This document shows, piece by piece, positions 29,195 through 42,132 of a DNA stretch of 64,000 nucleotides. Under the pieces are notes generated by a model, which saw nothing but the letters and a program-made list of their open reading frames with translations, was not told the origin of the DNA and made no database searches. The position numbers and the translations under genes are program-made. Position 1 is the first letter of the stretch, and each line of letters starts with the position of its first letter. Source of the stretch: the human T2T-CHM13v2.0 reference genome, Homo sapiens; NCBI RefSeq assembly GCF_009914755.1, contig NC_060940.1; one strand, 5' to 3'.

Positions 29195-31475
29195 AAGATT
29201 TTCCAAGATTTGCCCAAGAAGAGCTAAACGATAAAAGAAGTCTCAACACATTTAAAGGGATTTCAATTATATAGAAAATGTTTCCTAACCATAATGGAAT
29301 TAGGTTATAAATCAATAGCAGAAAGACATTTGGAAAATGCCCAAATACTTGGAAATTAAACAACATAGTTTGAAATAATCTATGAGTCATAAAAACACAG
29401 CTTACCGTATATTGTAGGATGAAGTTAAATTAGTGTTTAGAGGAAAATATGTGGTTTTATGTGCTTATATTATGAAAGAAAAAAATGTCTTAGCTTTCAT
29501 CTTAAAAAGGGAAAGAAGAACAAATTAATCCCACAGTAAGTGAAAGACTTGAGGAGGATATCAAAAATAAGAGCAGAAATTAATGAAACTGCAAACAAGG
29601 CAAATAATAAAGAGAAATAGTGAAACCAAAATCTGGTTCTTTGGGGAAAAAAGCACTAAAACTGATTAAACATTTAGCTAGACTAACCAATAAAAAAATA
29701 GATAAGGAACAAATTGCTAACATCAAGATGGGAAAAAAGGGATATACTAAACATCCTACTATATTACTATAGTAGTACTATAATAAGGGAATATATTATG
29801 AACAATTTATAAATTTCACCACTCAGATGAAATGGACTGTGTTTGAAAGACACAAATCATCAAAACAAATTCAAGAATAAATAGATAATATTAATAGTAC
29901 TATCTCTACTAAAAATGTTGGATTCGTAATTTAAAACTTTTTATTGGTGAATAATACAAAATATTTAAGGAAAGAAATAATACTAACCTTACACACTTTT
30001 TTTCCTCTGAAGATGGAGGTGAAGGGAACACTTTCCAACTCATTCTAGGAGCTGAACATTACTCTTACATAAAACAAGGAAAGAAAACCATAGATTATCA
30101 ATATCCATCATGAACATAAGTGCAAAAACCTTAAGAAAATTTCAGAAAATCAAATGAAGCACTATATAAATGTATAATTCATCCTGACCAAGTGTGTCTC
30201 ATCCTAAGAACACAGGGTAGAATGAGCATTCAAAATTTAATCAGTGTAATCAACCTATACAATCATCTCAGTAGATTCATAAAGGCATCTGGTAAAGTTT
30301 TACATTTATTCATAATAAAAGAACTACTAACACACTAGGAATAGGAGATTTCTATAACCACATAAAAAACATCAACAAACACAGCTAGCATTATACTCAA
30401 TGGTAAAATATTTTAAAGTTTTAGGGTAGACAGAATTTCTTAGGACACAAAAAGCATGAACTATAAATGCAAAACAATGATAAATCAGACAATAAAAATT
30501 AAAATATTCTGCTCTTTAATAGACAATTAACAGAATAAAAAGGCAAGTTGCAAACTGAGAAAAATATTTGAAATATGTACATCTAACACATATAGTATAT
30601 AGTTATAAGCTATACAGGTGTGTGTGTGTGTGTGTGTGTGTGTGGAGAGAGAGAGAGAGAGAGAATACTAATATAGATATTAGTAAGATTTGACACTTCA
30701 CTGAAGAAGATGCAAGAATTACCAACAAGCACATGAAAAATGTTCAACATCAATAGCTATTAGGGAAATAAAATATCAAACCACAATAAAATACAATTAC
30801 ATGCCAGTTAGAACGGCTAAAATTAAAAAGATGGATAACACCAACTGTTGGCAAGGATATGGAGCAATTGGAACTGCCACAGAATGTAAAATGGTACAAC
30901 ATTTGGAAAACATTTTTGAGGTTTCTTATAAAATTAAACATAAACCTGCCATATGACTCAACAACTCCACTCCTGGAAAATCATTCAAAAGAAATGAGAG
31001 ATAAAGGAAAAAATGAAAAGACTTGTGCATGTGAATGTTTGTAACACCTTCATCATAACACCCTAAAACTAGAAACAACCCAATGATCTAGCAACAAGTA
31101 TATGGATACATAAATAGTGATATACCATGCAATGGAATACTACAAATCTATAAAAATGAAATGAACTGTTGGCACACAGAGAAATATGCTGAATGAAACA
31201 ATCAAGACACAAAAGACTACAACTATATGAATCCATTTATAGGAAACTCCAAAACAATCTTTTCTGACAGAAAGCAGATCAGTGGTTGCCTGAGATAGAG
31301 AATGGGAATGGGGGAGTTTACTGAGCAAAGTCACAATGGAATTTTTGTGCTTGTGAAAATGTCTTGATACAGATTGTAGTGGTTACATGCATGTATATAT
31401 TTGGCAAAACTCATGAAATGTAAGCTTAAGATGGGTGCATTTTATGCATGTAAATTCCAACTCAAAGAATAAAAA
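29195..31475 (+). mobile_element. Degraded L1M (ORF2 plus 3'UTR)
   Basis: Successive ORF2-like blocks (ggaaattaaacaacat, gatgaaatggac, ggaacactttccaactcattct, gcacatgaaaaatgttcaacatc, ctagaaacaacccaatg). Confidence 0.85.
30618..30664. repeat. (TG)n(GA)n compound microsatellite
   Basis: Direct reading. Confidence 0.92.
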
Positions 31476-31871
31476 TGATATGTAGAATGATGGCTCAGCA
31501 GCCCATAGTGAAGCAGAATTTGAAATGATACAAAATTTGATCTCGTCATGCACAGTAAACACACCGATAACTACACACACACACAAACACACACACACAT
31601 AAACACACAATTAAAGTTAGAACTGAAAAGAAATAATCCAGAACAAAATATTAAAACTTATTTTGCATGGGTGACAGGATTTGGAAAAATTTCTTTCTTT
31701 TAAAATCTTATTTTTATTTTATGCATTTGATTAAAAATGGTGTTGTTTTCATAATTTGAAATACTAGAATTTCTCAACTTTCACTAAATGTAATTATGTC
31801 ATTGTCATTACTTTTTATATTAACAGATAACTTTAACTGCCAGGTTATACTCAGTTTAGGACTTGGATGAC

Positions 31872-32260
31872 TGATACGGTTTGGCTCCGTGTCCCCACCC
31901 AAATCTCATCTTGAATTGTAATCTGAATTGTGATCCCCATGTGTTGAGGGAACCTGGTGGGAGGTGATTGGATCATGAGGGTTGTTTCCCCCATGGTGTT
32001 CTCATGATAGTGAGTGAGTTCTCACTGAGAACTGATGCTTTAAAAGTGTTCGGCAGTTTCTTCTGTTCTCTCTCTCTCTCTCTCTCTCTCCTCCTGCCAT
32101 GTAAGATGTGCCTTGCTTCCTCTTTGCCTTCCACCATGACTGTAAGTTTCCTGAGGCCTCCCCAGCCATGCAGAACTGTGAGTCAATTAAACCTCTTTTC
32201 TTTATAAATTACCTGGTCTCTGGTAGTATCTTTATAGCAGTGTGAAAGTCAACTAATACA
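31872..32260 (+). mobile_element. MSTA/THE1D-like MaLR solo LTR
   Basis: tgatacggtttggctccgtgtccccacccaaatctcatc...ctaataca; exact TSD ATGAC. Confidence 0.9.
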
Positions 32261-33409
32261 ATGACTCTAGTCACTGACTTTACTTACCCTGTTACTGTTG
32301 TTTGTGATGGTAGGTCACCCTACGTATTAAAAGTCACCCTTGTTTCTGTTGTTTGTGGTGGTAGGTATCTAGTTCTGCTGTATTTGAAGTCATGAAGTTT
32401 TCTTCACTTAGTCAAGAAATACAGTCTTAATTCAAGGAACATTACTATGCCTACCATTACCTTCAGTTAAAAGAAAAATAATACAAATGCACATACTTAT
32501 GTATGTGTGCAAACACAAGAATAGCACTGTGCTTGGAAAAGTAGACTTCATTCATAATCTATAGAAACTGAATAAGCAATTAAAAGTAATTGAATAAGCA
32601 ACTGGCTTTCTTTTGGAGGAATGTTCTGAATTAATTTTCTTTTTAGTATTTATTATTCTCATTAAGTGGGAGTCACTTCATCAATAGTACTTTGGGCTGA
32701 GCTTTAAATACTGGAATAGTAAATATAACTCCATTATCCCCAGTATTCTAATAATGTTTTTTCCATGAGTTCTCCGGTGCCCAGCCCCACTCTTGGTACT
32801 GAGTTACAGTGCCCATAGATAATATATCTTAAATGCATGCTATGCCCAAGCACAGCTCTAAACACTTCATGTATATTAATTCATTTAATCTTCATAACCA
32901 CATTAGAGGACAGGTACAATTCTATGATCATTTTGCTCTTTTTGCATTTTGTTTCTTGACTTCTCATTCAGTTTGGAGAGCCGACATACTACCTAACTGC
33001 CTGGCCTTGGATTCAGTACTTTGACTTCAAAAACCCATTCTCTTTTCATGTTACTGACAACAGCCATGGTAAGAGAATTGACAGTAGTTAAGCTTGATAT
33101 TTAATTGGAAAAATGGGGCTTACATGAGAAACTTTTAAGACTAACTTCAAAAAGTGCAACACCCAATCTCTGAATTCCGAGAAATATTGGGTGCTCTTTT
33201 CTAACTTACACCGAATGGGAAGTTGGACGTTATTTTCTTTAAACATGAAAGAAGAGCAAAATGACATCCCCATATAACTGGGGCTTAGGGGACATGTCAT
33301 TCCTATCACCAGTAGAGGTAAAGGCATCCAGCACTTAGATCTCTACTGTGATCACCTGACTTCTGGAATGCTAGACGTGGTTTCTGAAATCAGAAGCTTG
33401 GGCTGGAAT

Positions 33410-34056
33410 TGTTATAGGGGTTATTAAGAAATTATTTTAGGCAGATAGAGAGGAAAAGGGATCCTTGGGAAGTTGTTGTTTCTTTTAAAGTAGCTCCAGA
33501 AACGTTTCTTGTATAGCAGGAAAGCCCTGCTCTTAGAGCCTAGCAGCAAGCTTTGATATACAAATACTGGCCATTAGAAAGTGGGTCCACCCAAACATGG
33601 CGATTCCCACCCTCATCTTCTTGCCCTTGCCCCCACATGTGTCTGGCATCATGGCCGACCCCACATATCCCCACGTGTATGGAACATCATGGCACCGTGC
33701 ATTTGCATATTAAAAGGCTAGAGTGGGAGGGCCAGTTTTTTTTGCAGGCTACATGAATGTCATAGGGTCAAACCAATCCCCTGAGCCTCATGCAAATCAG
33801 ACACTACCTCCTCCAGCCTCCTCATACAAGCAGCCACTTTTCTGCACACACGGGAGGGTTTCTTCTCTGGTTTTGGAGAACCCCTCCCTCTGTCTCCGTA
33901 CAGGGGAGCTTCTTCCCTCTTTCTTGCCTGTTAAACTTCAAACTCTCAGCTCCTTAAAACCACTCCACGTGTGTCCATGTGTCATATGTGTCATCTTATC
34001 CAATTCCGCGGGAGCCTAAGGACCCTGGTGTTCCTCCACTCATCAGAGCCGTATCA
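33410..34056 (+). mobile_element. ERV1 solo LTR (MER4-group; MER83/MER84-like, subfamily uncertain)
   Basis: TG...CA termini (tgttataggggttattaagaaattattttaggcagatag...gagccgtatca); flanks gaat/ggat. Confidence 0.72.
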
Positions 34057-34290
34057 GGATCACCTTGAATTTTCTGAAACCTTCTTGGCTTGGGTGATCC
34101 AGCTTATATCTGTATCTTTTCTCATTAAGGTATAATTTTAGGTAAAACTTCTCCACCTTATCTTAGTTTGTATGGATTGCTCCTGGTCCTACCCAGGGAA
34201 AAGGCAAGAAGTGTAAAAACAGAAGTTTAAAAAGGAATATACAGTATTTTTTTCAGCAAGGTGCTTATGGGCACATATAAGAAGAGGGCA

Positions 34291-34362
34291 CCAGGCGTGG
34301 TGGCTCATGCCTGTAATCCCAGCACTTTGGGAGGCCGAGGTGGGTGGATCACCTGAGGTCAG
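34291..34362 (+). mobile_element. AluSq-like, 5' part (split by HERV-H)
   Basis: ccaggcgtggtggctcatgcctgtaatccc...acctgaggtcag stops abruptly at the LTR. Confidence 0.95.
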
Positions 34363-34722
34363 TGTCAGGCCTCTGAGCCCAAGCTAAGCAATCATATCCC
34401 CTGTGGCCTGCATGTACACATCCAGCTGGCCGGTTCCTGCCTTAACTGATGACATTGTCTTGTGAAATTCCTTCTCCTGGCTCATCCTGGCTCAAAAGCT
34501 CCCCTACTGAGCACCTTGTGACCCCCACTCTGCCTGCCAGAGAACAACCCCCCTTTGACTGTAATTTTCCTTTATGTACCCAAATCCTATAAAACGGCCC
34601 CACCCCTATCTCCCTTCACTGACTCTCTTTTCGGACTCAGCCCACCTGCACCCAGGTGATTAAAAGCTTTATTGCTCACACAAAGCCTGTTTGGTGGTCT
34701 CTTCACACGGACACGCATGAAA
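34363..34722 (+). promoter_or_regulatory. HERV-H 5' LTR (LTR7 type, 360 bp)
   Basis: tgtcaggcctctgagcccaagctaagc...gcatgaaa; TATAAAA 34588-34594; ATTAAA 34659-34664. Confidence 0.97.
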
Positions 34723-34724
34723 TT

Positions 34725-34742
34725 TGGTGCCATGACTCAGAT
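34725..34742 (+). other. Primer-binding site, tRNA-His
   Basis: tggtgccatgactcagat versus HERV-H PBS TGGTGCCGTGACTCGGAT (two G>A changes at CpG sites). Confidence 0.93.
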
Positions 34743-34865
34743 CAGGGGACCTCCCTTGGGAGATCAATCCCCTGTCCTCCTGCTCTTTGATCCGTGAAAA
34801 AGATCCACCTACGACCTCAGGTCCTCAGACCCACCAGCCGAAGGAACATCTCACCAATTTTAAAT

Positions 34866-34874
34866 CTGGTAAGC
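34866..34874 (+). promoter_or_regulatory. HERV-H leader splice donor
   Basis: CTG|GTAAGC about 145 bp downstream of the 5' LTR, where the HERV-H major donor is expected. Confidence 0.75.
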
Positions 34875-35011
34875 AGCCTCTTCTTACTCTCTTCTCCAAC
34901 CTCTCTCACTGTCCCTCAACCACTTTCTCCTTTCCACTCTTCAATCTCTCCCTTCTCTTAATTTCAATTCCTTTCATTTTCTGGTAGAGACAAAGGAGAC
35001 ATGTTTTATCC

Positions 35012-35710
35012 ATGGACCCAAAACTCCAGTGCCAGTCACGGACTAGGGAAGGCAGCCTTCCCTTGGTGTTTAATCATTGCAGGGCCACTTCTCTGATTAT
35101 TCACCCACGTTTCAGAGGTGTCAGACCACACAGGGACGCCTGCCTTGGTCCTTCACCCTTAGCGGCAATTCCCACTTTTCTGGGGAAAGGGCAAGTACCC
35201 CAACCCCTTCTCTCTGTGTCTCTACCCCTTCTCCACCTTTCTGGGGAGCAAGAAACCCCCAAACCCTTCTCCTTCACTCTTAGCGGCAAGTACCCCAACC
35301 TCGTATCTCTGTGCCCCAATCCCTTATTTCTGTGCCCCAACCTCTTATATCTCTGTGCCCCAATCCCTTATTTCCATGCCCTGACCTCTTATCTCTGCGC
35401 CCCAATCCCTTATTTCCATGCCTCGACCTCTTATCTCTGCACCCCAACCCCTTATATCTGTGTCCCAACCTCTTATATCCATGCCCCCACCCCTTTCCCG
35501 CTTTTCTGGAAGGTAAGAACCCCCGAACCCCTTCCCTCCGTGTCTCTACTCTCTATATTCTCTGGGCTTGCTTCCTTCACTATGGGCAACCTTCCACCCT
35601 CCATTCCTCCTTCTACTCCCTTGGCCTGTGTTCTCAAAAACTTAAAACCTCTTCAACTCACACATGACCTAAAATCTAAATGTCTTATTTTCTTCTGCAA
35701 TGCCACTTGA
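35012..35710 (+). other. 232-codon HERV-H leader (pre-gag) ORF fused in frame to the gag start; translation unproven
   Basis: ORF track; ends in MGNLPPSIPPSTPLACVLKNLKPL (gag MA start, ATG 35582, same frame); stops at TGA 35708-35710. Confidence 0.55.
35290..35490 (+). repeat. HERV-H leader tandem repeats (~20-22-bp subunits, ~42-bp composite)
   Basis: Repeated tctctgtgccccaatcccttatttc / ccaacctcttata units. Confidence 0.88.
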
Positions 35711-36803
35711 CCCCAACACAAACTCAACAGTAGTTCCAAATAGCCAGAAAACAGCACTTTCAATTTTTCCATACTGCAAGATCTATATAATTCTTGTCGT
35801 AAAATGGGCAAACGGTCTGAGGTGCCTGACTTCCAGGCATTCTTTTACACATCGGTCCCTGCCCGGTCTCTGTGCCCAGTGCAACTCGTCCCAAATCTTC
35901 CTTCTTTCCCTCCCGCCTGTCCCCTCAGTACCAACCCCAAGCGTGGCTGAATCTTTCTAATCTTCCTTTTCTACAGACCCATCTGACCTCTCCCCTCCTC
36001 CCCAGGCTGCTCCTTGCCAGGCCAACCTAGGTCCCAATTCTTCCTCAGCCTCCGCTCCTCCACCCTATAATCTTTTCATCACCTCCCCTCCTCACACCTG
36101 GTCCAGCTTACAGTTTCGTTCTGTGACTAGCCCTCCCCCTCCTGCCCAACAATTTACTCTTAAAAAGCTGGCTGGAGCTAAAGGCATAGTCAAGGTTAAT
36201 GCTCCTTTTTTTTTAATCCAAAATCAGATAGTGTTTAGGCTCTTTTTCATCAAATATAAAAATCCAGCCCAGTTCAGGACTCGTTTGGCAGCAACCCTGA
36301 GACACTTTACAGCCCTAGACCCTAAAAGGTCAAAAGGCCGTCTTATTCTCAATACACATTTTATTACCCAATCTGCTCCCGACATTAAATAAAACTCCAA
36401 AAATTAAATTCCAGCCCTCAAACCCCACAACAGGATTTAATTAACCTTGTCTTCAAGGTGCACAATAATAGAAAAAAGTTGCAATTCCTTGCCTCCACTG
36501 TGAGACAAACACCAGCCACATCTTCAGCACACAAGAACTTCCAAACGCCTGAACCACAGCGGCCAGGCGTTCCTCCAGAACCTCCTGCCCTAGGCGCTTG
36601 CTACAAGTGCCAGAAATCTGACCACCAGGCCAAGGAATGCCTGCAGCCCAGGATTCCTCCTAAGCTGTGTCCCATCTGTGCGGGACCCCACTGGAAATCG
36701 GACCGGACTGTTCAACTCACCTGGCAGCCACTCCCAGAGCCCCTGGAACTCTGGCCCAAGGCTCTCTGACTGACTCCTTCTCGGCTTAGCAGCTGAAGAC
36801 TGA
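35582..36803 (+). pseudogene. gag: HERV-H gag remnant
   Basis: MGNLPPS start; knuckle CYKCQKSDHQAKEC and degenerate CPICAGPHWKSDR; ends GLAAED-TGA; stops and frameshifts present. Confidence 0.9.
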
Positions 36804-37224
36804 CGCTGCCTGATCACCTTGGAAGCTCCGTAGACCATCAAGGCCGCCGAGCTTCGGGTAACTCTCACAGTGGAAGGTAAGTCCGTCCCCTTAGTCAATA
36901 CGGAGGCTACCCACTCCACATTACCTTCTTTTCAAGGCCTGTTCCCTTGCCTCCGTAACTGTTGTGGGTATTGACGGCCAGGCTTCTAAACCCCTGAAAA
37001 CTCCCCCACTCTGGTGCCAACTTGGACAACACTCTTTTATGCACTCTTTTTTAGTTATCCCCACCTGCCCAGATCCCTTGTTAGGTCGAGATATTTCAAC
37101 CAAATTATCTGCTTCCCTGACTATTCCTGGACTACAGCCGCATCTCATTGCCGCCCTTCTCCCCAACCCAAAGCCTCCTTCGTATCTTCCTCTCGTATCC
37201 CCTCACCTTAACCCACAAATATAG
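36804..37224 (+). pseudogene. pro: HERV-H protease remnant
   Basis: Active-site region reads LVNTEAT (catalytic DTG lost); C-terminal PTCPDPLLGRDI; frameshifted. Confidence 0.8.
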
Positions 37225-37257
37225 GACATCTCTACTCCTTCCCTGGCAACTGATCAC

Positions 37258-39030
37258 ATGCCCGTTACCATCCCATTAAAACCTAATAACCCTTACCCCG
37301 CTCAATGCCAAGATCCCATCCCACAGCACCCTTTAAAAGGATTAAAGCCTGTTATCACTCGCCTGCTGCAGCTTGAGCTTCTAAAACCTATAAACTCTCC
37401 TTACAATTCCCCCATTTTACCCGTCCAAAAACCGGACAAGTCTTACAGATTAGTTCAGGATCTGCGGCTTGTCAACCAAATTGTTTTGCCTATCCACCCT
37501 GTGGTGCCCAACCCGTACACTCTTTTGTCTTCAATACCTTCCTCCACAACTCACTATTCCGTTCTCGATCTTAAAGATGCTTTTTTCACTATTCCCCTGC
37601 ACCCCTCATCCTAGCGTCTCTTTGCTTCCACTTAGACTGATCCTGACACCCATTAGGATCAGCAAATTACCTGGGCTGTACTGCCGCAAGGCTTCACAGA
37701 CAGCCCCCATTACTTCAGTCAAGCCCAAATTTCATCCTCATCTGTTACCTATCTCGGCATAATTCTCATAAAAACACAAGTGCTTTCCCTGCTGATCGTG
37801 TCCGATTAATCTCCCAAACCTCAATCACTTACAAAACAACAACTCCTTTCCTTCCTAGGCATGGTTAGTGCGGTCAGAATTCTTACACAAGAGCCAGGAC
37901 CGCACCCTGTAGCCTTTCTGTCCAAACAACTTGACCTTACTGTTTTAGCCTAGCCCTCATGTCTGCGTGCAGCGGCTACCGCTGCTTTAATACTTTTAGA
38001 GGCCCTAAAAATCACAAACTATGCTCAACTCACTCTCTACAGCTCTCATAATTTCCAAAATCTATTTTCTTACTCACACCTGATGCATATACTTTCTGCT
38101 CCCTGGCTCCTTCAGCTGTACTCACTCTTTGTTAAGTCCCACAATTACCATTGTTCCTGCCCCGGACTTCAATCCGGCTTCCCACATTATTCCAGATACC
38201 ACACCTGACCCCCGTGAGTGTATCTCTCTGATCCACCTGACATTCACCTCATTTCCCCACATTTCCTTCTTCCATGTTTCTCACCCTGATCACACTTAAT
38301 TTATTGATGGCAGTTCCACCAGGCCTAATCGCCACACACCAGCAAAGGCAGGCTATGCTATAGTACAAGCCACCAGCCCGCCTCTTAGAACCTCTCATTT
38401 CCTTTCCATCATGGAAATCTATCCTCAAAGAAATAACTTCTCAGTGTTCCATCTGCTATTCTACTACTCCTCATGGATTATTCAGGCCCCCTCCCTTCCC
38501 TACACATCAAGATCAAGGATTTGCCCCCACCCAGGACTGGCAAATTAGCTTTACTCAACATACCCCAAGTAAGATAACTAAAATACCTCTTAGTGTAGGT
38601 AGACACTTCCACTGGATAAGCAGAGTCCTTTCCTACAGGGTCTGAGAAGGCGACCGCAGTCAATTCTTCCCTTCTGTCAGACATAATTCTTCAGTTTAGC
38701 CTTGTCATTCCCTTCTGTCAGACATAATTCCTCAGTTTAGCCTTCCCACCTCTATACAGTCTGATAACAGACCAGCCTTTATTAGTCAAATCAGCCAAGC
38801 ATTTTTTCAGGCTCTTAGTATTCAGTGACAGACTAATGGTCTATTAAAAACACACCTCACCAAGCTCAGCCACCAACTTAAAAAGGACTGGACAATACTT
38901 TTACCACTTTCTCTTCTCAGAATTCAGGCCTGTCCTCGGAATGCTACAAGATACAGCCCGTTTAAGCTCCTGTATAGACACTCCTTTTTATTAGGCCCCA
39001 GTCTCATTCCAGACACCAGACCAACTTAGA
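37258..39030 (+). pseudogene. pol: HERV-H pol remnant (RT N-terminus, RNase H and IN pieces)
   Basis: SPYNSPILPVQKPDKSYRLVQDLR, VLDLKDAFF, LPQGFTDSP, FIDGSS, QDWQISF; no YxDD seen; many stops. Confidence 0.92.
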
Positions 39031-39602
39031 CTGTGCCCCCAAAAACTTGTCATCCCTACTATCTTCTGTCTAGTCATACTCCTATTCACCGTTCTCAACT
39101 ACTCATACATGCCCTGCTCTTGTTTACACTGCCAGTTTAGGCTGTTTCTCCAAGCCATCACAGCTGATATCTCCTGGTACTATCCCCAAACCACCACTCT
39201 TAACTCTTAAAGTAAATAAATAATCTTTGCTGGCAAGGCTATGCTGACCCTTCTTAGGCACTCTGTAATTAGATGTCCTAGGTCTTCCCAATTGTTAGTC
39301 CTTTAACACCTGTTTTTCTCCTTCTCTTAATCCGTTTAGTTTTTCAATTCATACAAAACTATATCCAGGCTATCACCAATAAGTCTAAATGACAGATGTT
39401 TCTTCTAACAATGCCACAATATCACTCCTTACCACAAAATCTTCCTTCAGCTTAATCGCTCCCACTTTAGGTTCCCACGCCACCCCTAATCCCACTCGAA
39501 GCAGCCCTGAGAAACATCGCCCATTATCTCTCCATACCATCCCCCAAAATTTTCCCCATCCCAACACTTTACCACTGTTTTGGTTTTTTTTCTTATTAAT
39601 AT

Positions 39603-39615
39603 AAGAAGACAGGAA
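39603..39615 (+). other. Polypurine tract
   Basis: aagaagacaggaa directly before the 3' LTR. Confidence 0.85.
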
Positions 39616-40025
39616 TGTCAGGCCTCTGATCCCAAGCTAAGCCATCATATCCCCTGTGGCCTGCACGTACACATCCAGCTGGCCGGTTCCTGCCTTAACT
39701 GATGACATTCCACCACAAAAGAAGTGAAAATGGCCTGTTCCTGCCTTAACTGATGACACTGTCTTGTGAAATTCCTTCTCCCGGCTCATCCTGGCTCAAA
39801 AGCTCCCCTACTGAACACCTTGTGACCCCCACTCTGCCTGCCAGAGAACAACCCCCTTTTGACTGTATTTTCCTTTACCAACCCAAATCCTATAAAAAGG
39901 CCCCACCCCTATCTCCCTTGGCTGACTCTCTTTTGGGACTCAGCCCGCCTGCACCCAGGTGATTAAAAGCTTTATTGCTCACACAAAGCCTGTTTGGTGG
40001 TCTCTTCACACGGAGGCGCATGAAA
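39616..40025 (+). promoter_or_regulatory. HERV-H 3' LTR (LTR7 type, 410 bp)
   Basis: Two U3 repeats gttcctgccttaactgatgaca; TATAAAA 39891-39897; ATTAAA 39962-39967. Confidence 0.97.
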
Positions 40026-40375
<350 letters not shown>

Positions 40376-41293
40376 TCAGGCAGAGGAAGACAAATGGACA
40401 ACGTACAGAGGCGATTAGAAGCACAGTGTGTTTGGGAACCAGAAATTTTATTAGCTTGCTTGGGCAGGGGTGGGAGGGCCTGGTAAATTTGTGGCAAGAG
40501 ATGAGGCTTAAGAGGGAATGGGAGCAGCTCCTGAAAAGCCAGGTGCCTCTGTGTCCTGAGCTCTCAGCTGCTAGACGGCATGAGAGCAGTACCATCCAAT
40601 CAAGCCTCTCCCCGGCCATCTCTGGGGAGGTGTCTCTAACACAGAGATCTGGTACGCAGCCAGATCTGAAAAGCTTTTTCTTCATGTTTCTTGATAAAGA
40701 AGGTTTTGCAACATCACTCACTACGTTAAAATGCTTTCTTAGCTTCAGGGGACTGAAAGCATTTTTATTATGTTCCAACATTATTTATCCTTCTTGTATA
40801 CAAGAGAGCAAAGCAGAAATCCAAAGAGAAAAATCCTTCTAATGTCTCAAATGCAGCCTTGGTCCATTTGTCTGGTGTTGCAAAGGTACAGACATGACAG
40901 CAAATGTGGGAGAGAGCTGGTTTCTTGCCCCCTTCCTCCCCGGGATTTTTAGTGGGGTGGAGATAAGGTCTCAGAAAAATGGCCACAACTCAAAATTGGG
41001 CCTTCATTCTCACCCCAGTTTTGAAACCACATTTCCCCAGGATCCCTGCAAGAGCTGCCTTCCTCCTAGAAGCCCCATTCATTGTGGTCACTTGTCTGGA
41101 AGTTCATCCAAGGAGAGTCTTTTACCCAAAAGAAAATCATCTCACAGGTTTAACAATTAAATACTGTCAGTGCATAGTCATTTGCAGGAAATATATACAT
41201 CTCAATTTTTTAATAATGGAAATTAATTTTTGTTAAAAGTCTCCAGATTACCTTGCAGCAGAATAGAATCTTAATCTAAATCACTTTAAGATA

Positions 41294-41605
<312 letters not shown>

Positions 41606-42132
41606 TCACTTTAAGATAACCTCAGTTAAATCTATTTTTTTCAGACTGACTCAGGGATTGCTCCTATGTATTCTTGTTAGAGTTTCATATACATTGCAAA
41701 GGGTATTTTTAACACTGCTTAGGAAAGATAACTTTTCTTGTGCATTTATCATTGTCTATCCACACTAGAATTTGCTGGGATGATCGTTACTACTACTGAC
41801 CAACTGTATGCCTCTCCTATCAGTGCCACCTGTATGCATTGACCTTAATTGGAAATTGCGCTGTAGATATTTTCCATCTGGTCCACAGGCTTCAGGTTAC
41901 TTTGTGCCTTGACTGTCCCAAAGTTGCTGCCTCTTGGAGCATCTGTCTCCCAGCTCTTTCTGCTCTTCCTTTGGGACCACAGCAAGCTCAGTAGGCTTCT
42001 GTTAGCCTTTCTGGTGTATTTCCTCCTCTATTGATGTCAAATGTGGCCATCATATGAACCTCCGTGTGAGGCCAGCTGCCTTCCCCGGTTTCACCCAGGA
42101 AATAATCCCCAGTTGGTCTCTGCCCTTGAATC

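Larger units (their letters stand above)
34363..40025 (+). mobile_element. HERV-H provirus (common internally deleted ~5.7-kb type)
   Basis: Paired LTR7-type LTRs, His PBS, gag zinc knuckles, RT motifs, PPT; exact TSD GTCAG (34358-34362, 40026-40030). Confidence 0.98.

Noticed and set aside
35290-35490. Repeat array superficially like CRISPR
   Set aside because: Degenerate head-to-tail units without unique spacers, inside the HERV-H leader of a primate genome.
37258-37614. RT ORF as a functional reverse transcriptase or novel retro-system
   Set aside because: A 118-aa fragment ending in a stop; no YxDD seen downstream; ordinary decayed HERV-H pol.
39050-39600. Possible env gene
   Set aside because: Only about 550 bp lie between the pol remnant and the PPT, with no env-like ORF; env is essentially deleted.
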